From: a virus
Lineage: Duplodnaviria; Caudoviricetes
Direction: 5' to 3' (one strand)
Virus record (IMG/VR): IMGVR_UViG_3300030376_003069
Span: 1-30,019 of that record
DNA length: 30,019 nucleotides
In this document: piece by piece, positions 5,357-15,593 of the stretch
How the letters are laid out: each line of letters starts with the position of its first letter
Position numbering within the stretch: the first letter of the stretch is position 1
Notes under the pieces: model-generated
The model's input: only the letters and a program-made list of their open reading frames with translations
Told to the model about the DNA's origin: nothing
Databases searched by the model: none
Translations under genes and position numbers: made by a program

Positions 5357-5793
5357 GATTAAGTGCATCCGATCTCAGAGAATTAAATATATTTAAGTAT
5401 TACAGGCTCGTTCGTAAATGGGCTTGTAAAACTTATAATTTAAAGGATGCAGATTTAGAATTATTAATATACTTAGACTGTAAAGGTAAATTTACACGTC
5501 AAGAATTCATAGATGGTGTTTACACTATGTCTTGGGATAAAAACCGCTGGGAACGTTTAAAACGCGAAGGCTGGATAGAGACATGGAGACACCGTAACCG
5601 CACTTCAATAAAATATAGCATTTTTAAGACATCATTTAAATGCTCCCAATTAATCACAAGAATATATAGAATCCTATTAGCAGAGGAAGACTTACCCACA
5701 TCAGAGCGTAGTGTTTTTTATAAAAACAATTCGTACACTGATAAAGTGTTTAACAAAGCTATAGATGACATGCTAAAAGATAATACAAGATAA
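5353..5793 (+). CDS. Hypothetical protein, possibly winged-helix DNA-binding
   Basis: ATGA-coupled to groES; LKDADLELLIYLD...FTRQEF...RLKREGWI loosely resembles MarR-type wHTH. The function call is weak. Confidence 0.6.
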   Translation: MRLSASDLRELNIFKYYRLVRKWACKTYNLKDADLELLIYLDCKGKFTRQEFIDGVYTMSWDKNRWERLKREGWIETWRHRNRTSIKYSIFKTSFKCSQLITRIYRILLAEEDLPTSERSVFYKNNSYTDKVFNKAIDDMLKDNTR

Positions 5794-5794
5794 T

Positions 5795-7135
5795 ATGGCA
5801 AATCCTATTACAAATAAAGTAAAAACAGGCCAAATACCTGTAATTAAGAAAGACTTAGACAGTGGTGTCATAGCTGAGGCTAATAATGACGGTACTATAT
5901 ATTTAGACAAGTCTGTTAAAAATGACAGCCCTCTTGCAAAAGAAGCTATAGCACACGAAATGGTGCACATGGATCAAATGGCTAGAGGTGATCTAAACTA
6001 CAACGATGATAAGGTTTTTTGGAAAGGTAAAGAATATGATCGCGACGATATGAACGAAGGGTCAAAAAAATTACCATGGGAAAAAGAAGCTTACGATAAA
6101 ACTAAAAATATGAAAAAATCCCCAAACAAATACTCTCTTAGTAAAAGCGCTATAAGAACTAACAGAGATGTAGTAACTACTAAGCTAAGAGCTGATGCTG
6201 ATAAAACAGCTGCTATAGGTAACGCTGTAGGTAAAGTTACAAGCAAAATACCTTCCTTTGATGATTATGAAGATCAAAAGAATAATGATGTTGATCCAAA
6301 CACAGAGGATTTGGTAACAGATTCTGGTGCTAACATGAACTTAAAAAATAAAAATAAGTCAGCTATGAAAATGAAGTCAACACCTATAACAATGAAAGCT
6401 TCTATGAGAAGTAAATCACCTTTACATGTTGAAACAAAGGAAACAAAAGAATTTGACGCGACGGTTGATGGTAAACAAGGTAAAGTAAAAGAAACCGCTA
6501 CAACTACTAAAACAAAAGAAAAGAAAGAAAGTGTTAAAAACTTTGCTAATTCTTGTTACAACGAAGACGGTAGTAAAAAAGCTGAGGGAACTGTTGTTAA
6601 TGGTATACTATGTAGCTGGAAAAGTGATGAAGATTTTGATCCAGAAAGTGAATATGACACAAAAGAAGATACTATATATGAATCAGCATTTACGCCTGAA
6701 ACTGAAGAAATAAAAACACCAGGTAAACCAGGGAGAGCAAATATGGGGTATTATGAATCTCTTGATAGTAAAATGGGTGCTGGTGTAAGAGGTAGAAGTA
6801 ATAAAAGAGTAAATAGAAAAGCTAATAGTGCTGGTGCTAAATTTGATAGAAAAAGCAATAGAGGCAAAACACCTATTAATCCAAAAACTGGTGAAGCTTA
6901 TACTAGAGAAGAATATATTAAAAATGTAGCTGGTTCGTTTGAGATACCAGATGCTTTTGTTGGTAAAAGAGAACAAAGCACACCTGGATCCACTGAAACG
7001 AAAGATAAAACTGGTGAAACCACTCATAAATATAATGAGGAAACAAAAAGGTATGAAGCAGTTGCTAATATGAACAAAAATAATAAAAACAAAAGTGCTT
7101 TCAAAATGAAAGGTTGGAAAGCATATAACAATTAA
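5795..7135 (+). CDS. Zinc metallopeptidase-motif protein with long low-complexity tail (probable virion or internal protein)
   Basis: IAHEMVH (HEXXH, 5954-5968) and downstream LPWEKEA; Lys/Glu/Thr-rich remainder. Confidence 0.7.
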   Translation: MANPITNKVKTGQIPVIKKDLDSGVIAEANNDGTIYLDKSVKNDSPLAKEAIAHEMVHMDQMARGDLNYNDDKVFWKGKEYDRDDMNEGSKKLPWEKEAYDKTKNMKKSPNKYSLSKSAIRTNRDVVTTKLRADADKTAAIGNAVGKVTSKIPSFDDYEDQKNNDVDPNTEDLVTDSGANMNLKNKNKSAMKMKSTPITMKASMRSKSPLHVETKETKEFDATVDGKQGKVKETATTTKTKEKKESVKNFANSCYNEDGSKKAEGTVVNGILCSWKSDEDFDPESEYDTKEDTIYESAFTPETEEIKTPGKPGRANMGYYESLDSKMGAGVRGRSNKRVNRKANSAGAKFDRKSNRGKTPINPKTGEAYTREEYIKNVAGSFEIPDAFVGKREQSTPGSTETKDKTGETTHKYNEETKRYEAVANMNKNNKNKSAFKMKGWKAYNN

Positions 7136-7161
7136 TAAACAAGGACTAAATAATTAAAACA

Positions 7162-7929
7162 ATGGGAACAAAAGGAACAAAATCTTCTAACATTTACCAA
7201 GTGTTAAAAGGAGCAGGTGCTTGGCAGAGTAAAGACTCGCAAGGACCTATGATCAAAGGTGTTGGTATTAAATCACCACTAAACATGAAAAAAGCATCGC
7301 CAGCTAAAGCTGCAGACGATAGCATAATGAAACCACCAACTTCAAAGAAAAAAGAAACTCCAAAGAAAACTTCATACTCAGAAGCTTACAAAAAGCGTGA
7401 TATGAAAACTTATGGTAACTTAAGTGAAGCTGAATATACAGCAGAAGCTAAAAGACAAAATAAGTCTAAGAAAGAAACTGGTAAGTGGGATGCTCCTAAA
7501 AAACAAATGGAGTCTAAAGAAAATAAAACAACTACAACTGATCCTAAAACAACTACAACTGATCCTAAAACAACTACAACTGATCCTAAAAAGGAAAACG
7601 TAGTTAAAAACACTAGGAAAGAAGTTGCTGAGTCTAATAAAAAGAAAAGACAGGACAGAAGAGCAGAAAGAAGACAAAAAAGAGCTGATAGAATTAAAGA
7701 AAAAGGTGGAACTAGAGTCGGTAATGCTTTAAGAGGCGTTAAAAACGTATTCAAGAAAAAAGACAAGAAGAAAGATGATAGTGCGGCTAAAATGAAGAAA
7801 GGCTCAGCTATGAAGATGAAAAAAGAGTCACCTGCTAAAAAAGCTTTAGTTGGTAAGCAAGGTAATTTACCTGAACATTTAAAAGCTAAAATTAAAGCTG
7901 CACCGGGTAAAATGAAAAAATATAAATAA
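7162..7929 (+). CDS. Highly basic Lys-rich low-complexity protein
   Basis: ORF track; SPAK and SAxKMK motifs; KTTTTDP repeated three times. Confidence 0.8.
   Translation: MGTKGTKSSNIYQVLKGAGAWQSKDSQGPMIKGVGIKSPLNMKKASPAKAADDSIMKPPTSKKKETPKKTSYSEAYKKRDMKTYGNLSEAEYTAEAKRQNKSKKETGKWDAPKKQMESKENKTTTTDPKTTTTDPKTTTTDPKKENVVKNTRKEVAESNKKKRQDRRAERRQKRADRIKEKGGTRVGNALRGVKNVFKKKDKKKDDSAAKMKKGSAMKMKKESPAKKALVGKQGNLPEHLKAKIKAAPGKMKKYK
7524..7591 (+). repeat. Perfect 21-bp tandem repeat, 3.2 copies
   Basis: TAAAACAACTACAACTGATCC x3 plus TAAAA, encoding KTTTTDP. Confidence 0.95.
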
Positions 7930-8337
7930 ATGTCAAAAATACTAGCTAAACTTTTCGGCGGTGCTGGAGGCAGTGTTGTCGAAAAGATAAGCGGTGTTGT
8001 AGATAAGTTCGTAAGAACTAAAGATGAGAAAGCAGCTTTTGAAAAAGAGATGACTGAAATTCTCATCGAAGCAGAAGCCGCTATGCAAAAAAACGTAACC
8101 GAAAGGTGGAAAGCAGATCTAGAACACGGTAACTGGTTTACGCGAAGCGTACGTCCATTAGTCCTTGTTTTTTTAATAGTCAGTACCGTGATCATGGTTT
8201 TCATAGATAGTGGTTCAATAGCATTTGAAGTAGATGAAAAATGGACGGATTTGCTTCAACTTGTTTTAATGACTACTATTGGCGCATACTTTGGCGGTCG
8301 AAGCGTTGAAAAATATAACAAAATAAAAAACAAATGA
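7930..8337 (+). CDS. Holin, 3TM/GTA-holin type
   Basis: ERWKAD...W.TRSVRP followed by two hydrophobic helices and GAYFGGRSVEK, the characteristic GTA_holin_3TM pattern. Confidence 0.85.
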   Translation: MSKILAKLFGGAGGSVVEKISGVVDKFVRTKDEKAAFEKEMTEILIEAEAAMQKNVTERWKADLEHGNWFTRSVRPLVLVFLIVSTVIMVFIDSGSIAFEVDEKWTDLLQLVLMTTIGAYFGGRSVEKYNKIKNK

Positions 8338-8338
8338 A

Positions 8339-9100
8339 ATGGCTAGAATCAACACGTATCAACAAGATCAAAACTTATCCAAGTCAGATAAATTCCTTGG
8401 ATCAGATTCTGGCGGATCTACGCGCAATTTTAGCATAGAAAGTGTAAGTGACTTTTTTAAAGAAACTAATTCTGGTGGTGTTGTTGGTCAATTTGTATGG
8501 CAATATGTAAATACAGAAATAAAAAGTGGTGAGTTACAAGCTGTTTTTTCTAGTGGTAGCACTTTTGCTAGTCTAACAAATATAAAAGTAAGTAAATATA
8601 CAAAAGGTGATGGTAATTCTAAACAAAATATTCTATCAAATTTTGTAGGTAAAGATGTATTATTAGTAGAAACCAGCGACCAAGATAATCACGCTGTTTA
8701 TAATATACAATCTATATCTGTTATAAACGACGGCAATGGAAACGCTACTGATAACTATGATATATCTTTATTATACCAAAATAAAGGAAACGGAAGTTTA
8801 ACGCTTAACAAACACTATGCTTTTGTAGTTTTTGGTGGAGGCGCTGATAAAAACACTGAATTAACGTTCACTTCTAGCAGTTTTGCTACAAGTAGTGGAA
8901 ACTTACTAACAGATACAATAAGTGGATCAGCTATGCCTTATGTTATATTTAATCACAATTTAGGCAAAAAACCTTCTATAAGCGTAGAGCAAGAAGGTTC
9001 ACCTGGGCAAGTGGCAATGATGCCTGTAAAATACATAAACAACAATACTGTAAGAGTATATTTCACTGGTACTACAAGCGGTGTAATATACGCTAATTAA
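8339..9100 (+). CDS. Tail or structural protein
   Basis: Beta-rich; C-terminal HNLGKKPSISV...YINNNTVRVYF module typical of phage tail proteins. Confidence 0.7.
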   Translation: MARINTYQQDQNLSKSDKFLGSDSGGSTRNFSIESVSDFFKETNSGGVVGQFVWQYVNTEIKSGELQAVFSSGSTFASLTNIKVSKYTKGDGNSKQNILSNFVGKDVLLVETSDQDNHAVYNIQSISVINDGNGNATDNYDISLLYQNKGNGSLTLNKHYAFVVFGGGADKNTELTFTSSSFATSSGNLLTDTISGSAMPYVIFNHNLGKKPSISVEQEGSPGQVAMMPVKYINNNTVRVYFTGTTSGVIYAN

Positions 9101-9122
9101 AAAAACTTAAACTAAAACAACT

Positions 9123-10670
9123 ATGGCAATACCATTTCTTTCAGACATAAAATTAAACGGTAACCAGATAAAAGAACTGGTTGTCGATCATAAATCAGGT
9201 AGTAATCCTTCTACTGGTTATCATGGTCAGTTAATATTTAGAACTGATCAAAATAAAGTATATATAAACACTTCAACAAGCGTTAATTCTCCATCATGGG
9301 CTAGTATAGCTGGTGATATTACATCTATAACAGCTGGTGCTGGTTTAACAACACCAGACGGCTCAACAGGTGATGTAACTATCAATGCTGTAGGTGGTGA
9401 TGGTATAACAGTAGGTGCAGATGAAATAGAAGTAACAGTTGATGATTCAACGTTAGAATTAAGTAACAACGATGGATCTGGTGCTGTTAGAATAAAAGAT
9501 GGTGGAGTTGGTTCAGCTAAAATAGCGGATAACGCTGTTGGACTAGCTAAGTTAGCACACCAAGCAAATGATACTGTTATTAAAATGAACGGATCTGGTG
9601 TACCAACAGCTGGTACAATAGATACAATAAACATAAGCGCAGACGCTGTTACTGGTGCTAAAATAGGTGATGATGAAATTAACAGTGAGCATATAGCTAC
9701 AGGAGCTATTGATTTAGATCATATGTCTGCTGACTCAGTCGATTCTGATCAGTATGTTGACGGATCTATCGATACCGCGCACATAGCTGATGATCAAGTT
9801 ACATTTGCTAAATTCCAAAATATTTCTACTAATAAACTATTAGGTAGAACAACAGCGATGAATGGTAGTGTGGAGGAAATAACACCTATTAATCATAGAC
9901 CTTTCTTAAAAACAGCATTAGGTGGAGCTTTTGGTAGCAACGCTCTTAGTATTGGTACATCTGCTGATACAATTACAATACCTGGTAACTTAAAAGTAAC
10001 AGGTGATACTACTTATAGTAACGAAACAATACAAATTGTTGAAGATAATACTTTAGCATTTAGAGCTAATGATGGTGATACTAATGAAATATTACTTACA
10101 GCTGCGGATGCTACATCTGGTGATCAAACGATTACTTTACCAAACGCTACTGGTACTGTTGCTTTAACAAGTAATATTGGTAACGCTACAATAACTATAA
10201 CGGCTGGTGCTGGTTTAGTTACTGGTGGTAATTTTACAACAAACGCATCATCTGATAAAACTATAACAATTGATCACGAAGATACCTCTAGTCAAGCTTC
10301 AGTAGATAATTCAGGTTTAAACGTAATACAAGATGTTACATTAGATACATATGGTCACGTTACTGGTTTAGCATCTGTTGATTTACAAAGTGGTATAGAT
10401 GGTAGAATAACAAACAGAGAGTTTAGCGGAACATTAACACCAGGTGGAACATCTGGTCAACAAGGTTATATTGCTAAATCAACAAACACGTACACAGTTT
10501 ATCACGCTCTTAACACTAGAGATATATTGTGTCAAGTAGTACAAGTAGGTTCACCATATGCTACTATTAATGTAGATATTAGAAGATCTTCAGCAAATGA
10601 GGTTCAAGTTTTATTTGGACAAGCAGTTACTAACGGTGACTACAAGATACTTATTAGCAAAATAGGTTAA
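9123..10670 (+). CDS. Tail fibre or structural protein
   Basis: Gly/Thr-rich; AV.xAKI repeats, ITAGAGL repeats, VTLDTYGHVT and a C-terminal HALNTRD module. Confidence 0.75.
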   Translation: MAIPFLSDIKLNGNQIKELVVDHKSGSNPSTGYHGQLIFRTDQNKVYINTSTSVNSPSWASIAGDITSITAGAGLTTPDGSTGDVTINAVGGDGITVGADEIEVTVDDSTLELSNNDGSGAVRIKDGGVGSAKIADNAVGLAKLAHQANDTVIKMNGSGVPTAGTIDTINISADAVTGAKIGDDEINSEHIATGAIDLDHMSADSVDSDQYVDGSIDTAHIADDQVTFAKFQNISTNKLLGRTTAMNGSVEEITPINHRPFLKTALGGAFGSNALSIGTSADTITIPGNLKVTGDTTYSNETIQIVEDNTLAFRANDGDTNEILLTAADATSGDQTITLPNATGTVALTSNIGNATITITAGAGLVTGGNFTTNASSDKTITIDHEDTSSQASVDNSGLNVIQDVTLDTYGHVTGLASVDLQSGIDGRITNREFSGTLTPGGTSGQQGYIAKSTNTYTVYHALNTRDILCQVVQVGSPYATINVDIRRSSANEVQVLFGQAVTNGDYKILISKIG

Positions 10671-10691
10671 TATACAAAATTAAATTAAAAT

Positions 10692-13600
10692 ATGGCTCAA
10701 CAATTTCTCACAGGTGTAAAAATAACAGCTGGTGATGAGAATACTTTATTTCTCAACACTGGGGCTACTAATCAACAGCCTGCTATTTTTTACCAAGTAA
10801 ATGGTAGTAATAAATTCGAACAGAGAGTTGGTAGTAATTTTGAGCTGTATAATTACACTAGATCTAACTGGGACTTTCATCTACAAGGTTCAACTGGTTA
10901 TTTAGCTTTAGGTCACAATGCACCTGGAGCCGGACTTCACGTAAAAGGTACAACCAACTTAGCATCAAGATTTATATTCACGAAAGACTTATCTACAGAC
11001 AAAATTTTATTTGGTGGTGCAGACCACGATAATTTTGATACTTTTGTAGGTTCCTCAAGCAATCACTCATTTACCATAACTCAAAACGGAGCAGCTGCTG
11101 TAACAATAGATACGTCGAAAAACGCAAATTTTACAGGGACAGTAACAGCTAAAGGACAATTAAACGTAGTAGACTCTGACGGAACTTTAAACCACATAAG
11201 AGCACATTCTAACAGTACTGAAGGATTTTTAACAGTTAGTAATGGTAGCAACTGGGGTTTTATTGTTAGAGGACCTGGTAACGACCCTAGAATAGGTGCT
11301 TGGTATGGTGGTGTGTTAAAGATAGAAGGTTTCCATAGTTCAGATGGAGCTACAGGTGCTAACGCTATTGATTTTGCTCAATTTGATTTTGGTAATGATA
11401 AATTCCAAATGAATGCTGCCAACTCAGTTTTTGCAGGTGATGTAACAGTAAATGGGGGAGATTTTAATTTAACAAAACAAAATGGTTCCCCAACAATTAA
11501 CATGCTATGGGATGGCAATAATCCGGGCACTGATACTTTATTGCATTATCTTAATTACAAAGTAGATTATAGTGGGACACATCAAGATTGGGGTGGTATA
11601 GAACATAGAACAACTACTAGTGCTACGAGAACAAAATTAAATTTCAATGTAAAATCTACAGGTGGTAGTGTATTAAACGCTTTATCATTAGACGGAACTA
11701 CTGATGGTACCGCCGCGACTTTTGGAGGAAGAGTAACATCTCCATCAACATTTATATCTAGCTCAGTAGGCACTGGTAATCCAACTCCAGCTACTGATAA
11801 TGTAAGATTTAATGGGTATGGTATGATTGGTAATAGGGGTAATTTATATGTTACTAATTCTAATTCTTCAGGTATAGTTCAAATAGGAGTAGGTGGTGCA
11901 CATAATAGTAATCCTAAATTAACTGTAGGTGGTACTGATAGTACGTTTTTAACAAACTTAGGTGTTGGAGGTGCTCCAGGCGCTAAATTAGATGTTAACT
12001 CAGGCGCTGCTAATACAGTAGCTATATTTGAAAGTACTGATGATAAAGCTTTTGTAATACTTAAAGATAGTGATACAAGTACTCATTTAATAACTAAAGA
12101 TAATAAATTTTCTATAGGTGAAGATTCAACAGATTACGATAATTTCAAAGTTGACATCACAACAGGGGATACGAATATTGCAGGTGGAGGTGCTTTTGGA
12201 GGTAATGTTACTATAGGGAGCGGAAGCACAAGTGCTACTAGATCTTTAACTTTACTAACTAACTCAGAACAAGATACAGTAATAAATCTAAAAGAATCTA
12301 GTGCTAATTATGGTTTCAGTTTAAACTACGACGGTGTTGCTAACGATTTTATAATTAAAAGACACGATAACTCAGCAAGTGGAACAGATGTTTTAACTCT
12401 AAACAGAACCGATAACAATGCGGTTTTTGCAGGTTCGGTAACAGCAACTTCATTTTCTGGTGACGGTAGTAACTTAACTGGTATTACATCAACTGATAGT
12501 ACTAAGGTGGCTAAAGCCGGTGATACTATGAGTGGTGATTTAATTATTAGTAAAACAGACCCTACAATTACTCTTGTAGATTCTTCTGGTGCTAACACTG
12601 ATCCAAATGGTACAATAATATTTTCAGAAGTATCTGGAACACAGAATTTTGATATCAATTATAATGGCGCAAGTGATAGATTAGAGTTTAGAGGAAGAGT
12701 AGGTAATAACGATAATACAGATTTAGCATATATAAATAGAGATTTAACCACTACATTAGAAGTTTTAGGTGGTGCAACTTTTGCAGGTGATGTAACTATA
12801 AATAAATCAGACCCAGTATTAATATTAAATGATACTAGTACTAATGATAACCAAGCTCAAATATGGTTAAGAGAAAGTGCTGATTATGGTTGGCAAATGA
12901 ATTATAATAGTGATTCTAACGACTTCTTTACCTTAGATATAGTAGATGGTGGAACTGTAAGTAATGCATTAACTATAAATAGATCCTTAAATGCAACTTT
13001 TACAGGAGCAGTGAACATGGCAAGTGGCAAAATAACTAGTGATGGTTCTGCTGCTGCTGGTGCTTATTTTGAATTAAAACATGCTAATAATAATTCAACT
13101 GATGTTTGTGCTACTATTAATTTAACTAATAATACTGGTGGTTATGCAGCAATAGTAGGTGGTACAACAGGAGCAAACAACACGGGGTATATACAGTTTA
13201 AAACTGATAATGCTGGTACACAAAGTACCGTGCTTACTTTAAATGGTGATAATTCATCAGTTTTTAACGGGAACGTAGAAATTACTGGTGATACCGCTAG
13301 CCCACATACAGACAACGCTTTTATAGTATATAGAGGTTCTGATGGCAGCAACGCATTAAGAGTACAGAACTCTGGTGAAGTTGTAGTGCAAAATAACTAT
13401 CTTTATGCAGCAGGAGCTGGTGTGTCGCTATATGTACAAGCTGGAGCTGTAATAAGAGGTAGTATTTCAAATGACGGTGGAGATGTAAGAATTGCAGATA
13501 ACTTAGTAGTTACAGGTAATTTAACAGTAGATGGCACAACTACAACTTTAAACACACAAACAGTAGAAGTTGAAGATAATATAATACAACTTAATACAAC

Positions 13601-15587
13601 ACAAGGCTCGCCAGATACAGCAACAGCTGCTACATCTGGTATATCTATTTATAGAGGTGATGGTGTTACACAAGCTAGCTTTATATTTGATGATGGTGAC
13701 GACACTTGGAATTTAACTGATTCTTTAGAGGTTGCATCAAATATAACATTAGGTTCTGCTATTGTACATGCTGCAGATACAAATACTAATATAACTTTTT
13801 CAACAGGCCAGATACTTTTACAAACATCTACAAATGGAAATTATTTAAACATACATAACAATGGTATTAATTATTACAATGCTTCTAGTCACAATTTTAC
13901 TGGAGCTATTATTTGTAATAATAAAGTTACAGCTGATTTAGGTTTTACATCTCATAATCAAAGAGGTGTATCTACAAATCCATCATTAACAGAAGAATAT
14001 CCATTAGGTCATTACACTGGTGGTAAAGAAATTTGGTCACTAGATACAACTTGGTCTAACTCACAATTACAAGAATATTTTAATAGCACTAACGTTGAGT
14101 GGTATGAAGATTCTACCGCGCCAGCTGGTTATTCTATAAAAATTGATGGAGCTGTTAACACTGGTGGTTATTATGGATCTGGTTTCCCCTACATACCTAT
14201 TGAAGAAGGATCAATATATTTAATAGAAGTTTATATTAGAAATGAATCTGGTAGCTCTATAGGTCACTATATGGGTACGCAAGATTTTGAGCACGATTTT
14301 ACAGCAACAGCGAGTGGTTCTGGTAACCCTGGTAGTTATGGTTATCACTTGATGGCTAATCATAACCCGGGAACAGATTGGCAACATAGATATGCTTTTG
14401 TGTCTGGTCACCACAATAGTGATTATGGAAAATTTGAAACAGACGCAAAATATTTTACACCACATTCTTTATTTAACTATAGTCACAACTCAGGTACAAG
14501 AAGATGTTATATATCTGGCTGGAGAGTAACTAGAATAGCAGAGCAAGAGTTTTTTGCTCAAGGAACAGCTGCTAAACCAGCTATAGTTTTAGATGATGGA
14601 GTTTATAACTCAGTACCTAATTCAGGTTTATACAGAGAGTGGTATGATGGCTCTACCGCTACTAAAGATCAAATATCAGTATCAATAGATGGTACAAGAA
14701 GGTTAAGAGTAAACGAAGCTGGTGTTTGGACTGATGAAAACTTTTATGTAGGTGGCGACTGGAGAACTTTTAGTTCCACTTGGGATGCTTCTGCCGGTAC
14801 ATCAGGAGCTGGTTTTAGATTTCACAATACACACACTGATACGAATGGTATTGTTGCTTTAACTATTTCAGCGACTGGTGATGGTGTTTTTGGTGGTACT
14901 ATGACAGCAAAAGGAGCCACTATTAATTCACCTACTGGAAGTGGTCAAGATACTATTATAAATTTAACAGGTACCAACACAAGTAACTTTGGAAGCACTT
15001 ACGCTGTAAAATCACAAATAAAAAGTATAGCTATTGGTAACACTAATGCTTACGCGTCTAAATTAATATTTTCTACTAATGATACTTCTAATAATTTAAA
15101 TCCAGCTTTACAAATAGATGAAAATCAAAACGTAGAGGTTTATGGTAATGTTAGACATCAAGGTACAACAATGACAGAGGGTACTGATGTTGATCAGTAC
15201 AAGTATTTCCCAATGACATTTCAGTTATCAGCTAATACTTGGACTGATACTGGTATTGACGGAACGGATCTTGCCACAGGTGTTTATGCAATGCAAGTTT
15301 ATGTAAGTGATTTTAACGTTGGTGGTGGACATTATTATGAGTATTACTCAGGTATGTTAAGTTGGTATGCAGATAGTACTAATAGCACGCATGTAGATGA
15401 AATACCAATACATAGAGCTGGTCATGCACCTAACAGTGGTGATGTACAGTTTAGAACACAGAGAGCATCAGGATCAGATACACATGATTTAATGTTACAA
15501 GTAAAACACAACCTTGCTTACACTGGTGCGTTAGATAATAGTAATGGTGGTAAAATAATGAGGTTTAAATTTAGAAGATTAATATAA
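10692..15587 (+). CDS. Long modular tail fibre (1631 aa)
   Basis: Repeated modules ending in (A/S)xF(A/T/G)GxV(T), G..APGAxL.V motifs, KVAKAGDTMSGDL and GNLTVDGTTTTLNT; candidate carbohydrate-binding insert around 14000-14540. Confidence 0.85.
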   Translation: MAQQFLTGVKITAGDENTLFLNTGATNQQPAIFYQVNGSNKFEQRVGSNFELYNYTRSNWDFHLQGSTGYLALGHNAPGAGLHVKGTTNLASRFIFTKDLSTDKILFGGADHDNFDTFVGSSSNHSFTITQNGAAAVTIDTSKNANFTGTVTAKGQLNVVDSDGTLNHIRAHSNSTEGFLTVSNGSNWGFIVRGPGNDPRIGAWYGGVLKIEGFHSSDGATGANAIDFAQFDFGNDKFQMNAANSVFAGDVTVNGGDFNLTKQNGSPTINMLWDGNNPGTDTLLHYLNYKVDYSGTHQDWGGIEHRTTTSATRTKLNFNVKSTGGSVLNALSLDGTTDGTAATFGGRVTSPSTFISSSVGTGNPTPATDNVRFNGYGMIGNRGNLYVTNSNSSGIVQIGVGGAHNSNPKLTVGGTDSTFLTNLGVGGAPGAKLDVNSGAANTVAIFESTDDKAFVILKDSDTSTHLITKDNKFSIGEDSTDYDNFKVDITTGDTNIAGGGAFGGNVTIGSGSTSATRSLTLLTNSEQDTVINLKESSANYGFSLNYDGVANDFIIKRHDNSASGTDVLTLNRTDNNAVFAGSVTATSFSGDGSNLTGITSTDSTKVAKAGDTMSGDLIISKTDPTITLVDSSGANTDPNGTIIFSEVSGTQNFDINYNGASDRLEFRGRVGNNDNTDLAYINRDLTTTLEVLGGATFAGDVTINKSDPVLILNDTSTNDNQAQIWLRESADYGWQMNYNSDSNDFFTLDIVDGGTVSNALTINRSLNATFTGAVNMASGKITSDGSAAAGAYFELKHANNNSTDVCATINLTNNTGGYAAIVGGTTGANNTGYIQFKTDNAGTQSTVLTLNGDNSSVFNGNVEITGDTASPHTDNAFIVYRGSDGSNALRVQNSGEVVVQNNYLYAAGAGVSLYVQAGAVIRGSISNDGGDVRIADNLVVTGNLTVDGTTTTLNTQTVEVEDNIIQLNTTQGSPDTATAATSGISIYRGDGVTQASFIFDDGDDTWNLTDSLEVASNITLGSAIVHAADTNTNITFSTGQILLQTSTNGNYLNIHNNGINYYNASSHNFTGAIICNNKVTADLGFTSHNQRGVSTNPSLTEEYPLGHYTGGKEIWSLDTTWSNSQLQEYFNSTNVEWYEDSTAPAGYSIKIDGAVNTGGYYGSGFPYIPIEEGSIYLIEVYIRNESGSSIGHYMGTQDFEHDFTATASGSGNPGSYGYHLMANHNPGTDWQHRYAFVSGHHNSDYGKFETDAKYFTPHSLFNYSHNSGTRRCYISGWRVTRIAEQEFFAQGTAAKPAIVLDDGVYNSVPNSGLYREWYDGSTATKDQISVSIDGTRRLRVNEAGVWTDENFYVGGDWRTFSSTWDASAGTSGAGFRFHNTHTDTNGIVALTISATGDGVFGGTMTAKGATINSPTGSGQDTIINLTGTNTSNFGSTYAVKSQIKSIAIGNTNAYASKLIFSTNDTSNNLNPALQIDENQNVEVYGNVRHQGTTMTEGTDVDQYKYFPMTFQLSANTWTDTGIDGTDLATGVYAMQVYVSDFNVGGGHYYEYYSGMLSWYADSTNSTHVDEIPIHRAGHAPNSGDVQFRTQRASGSDTHDLMLQVKHNLAYTGALDNSNGGKIMRFKFRRLI

Positions 15588-15593
15588 TAAGAT

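Noticed and set aside
7410-8204. 264-aa hydrophobic minus-strand ORF
   Set aside because: Antisense shadow of the Lys-rich gene and holin; Phe/Leu richness mirrors AAA/AAG codons on the other strand.
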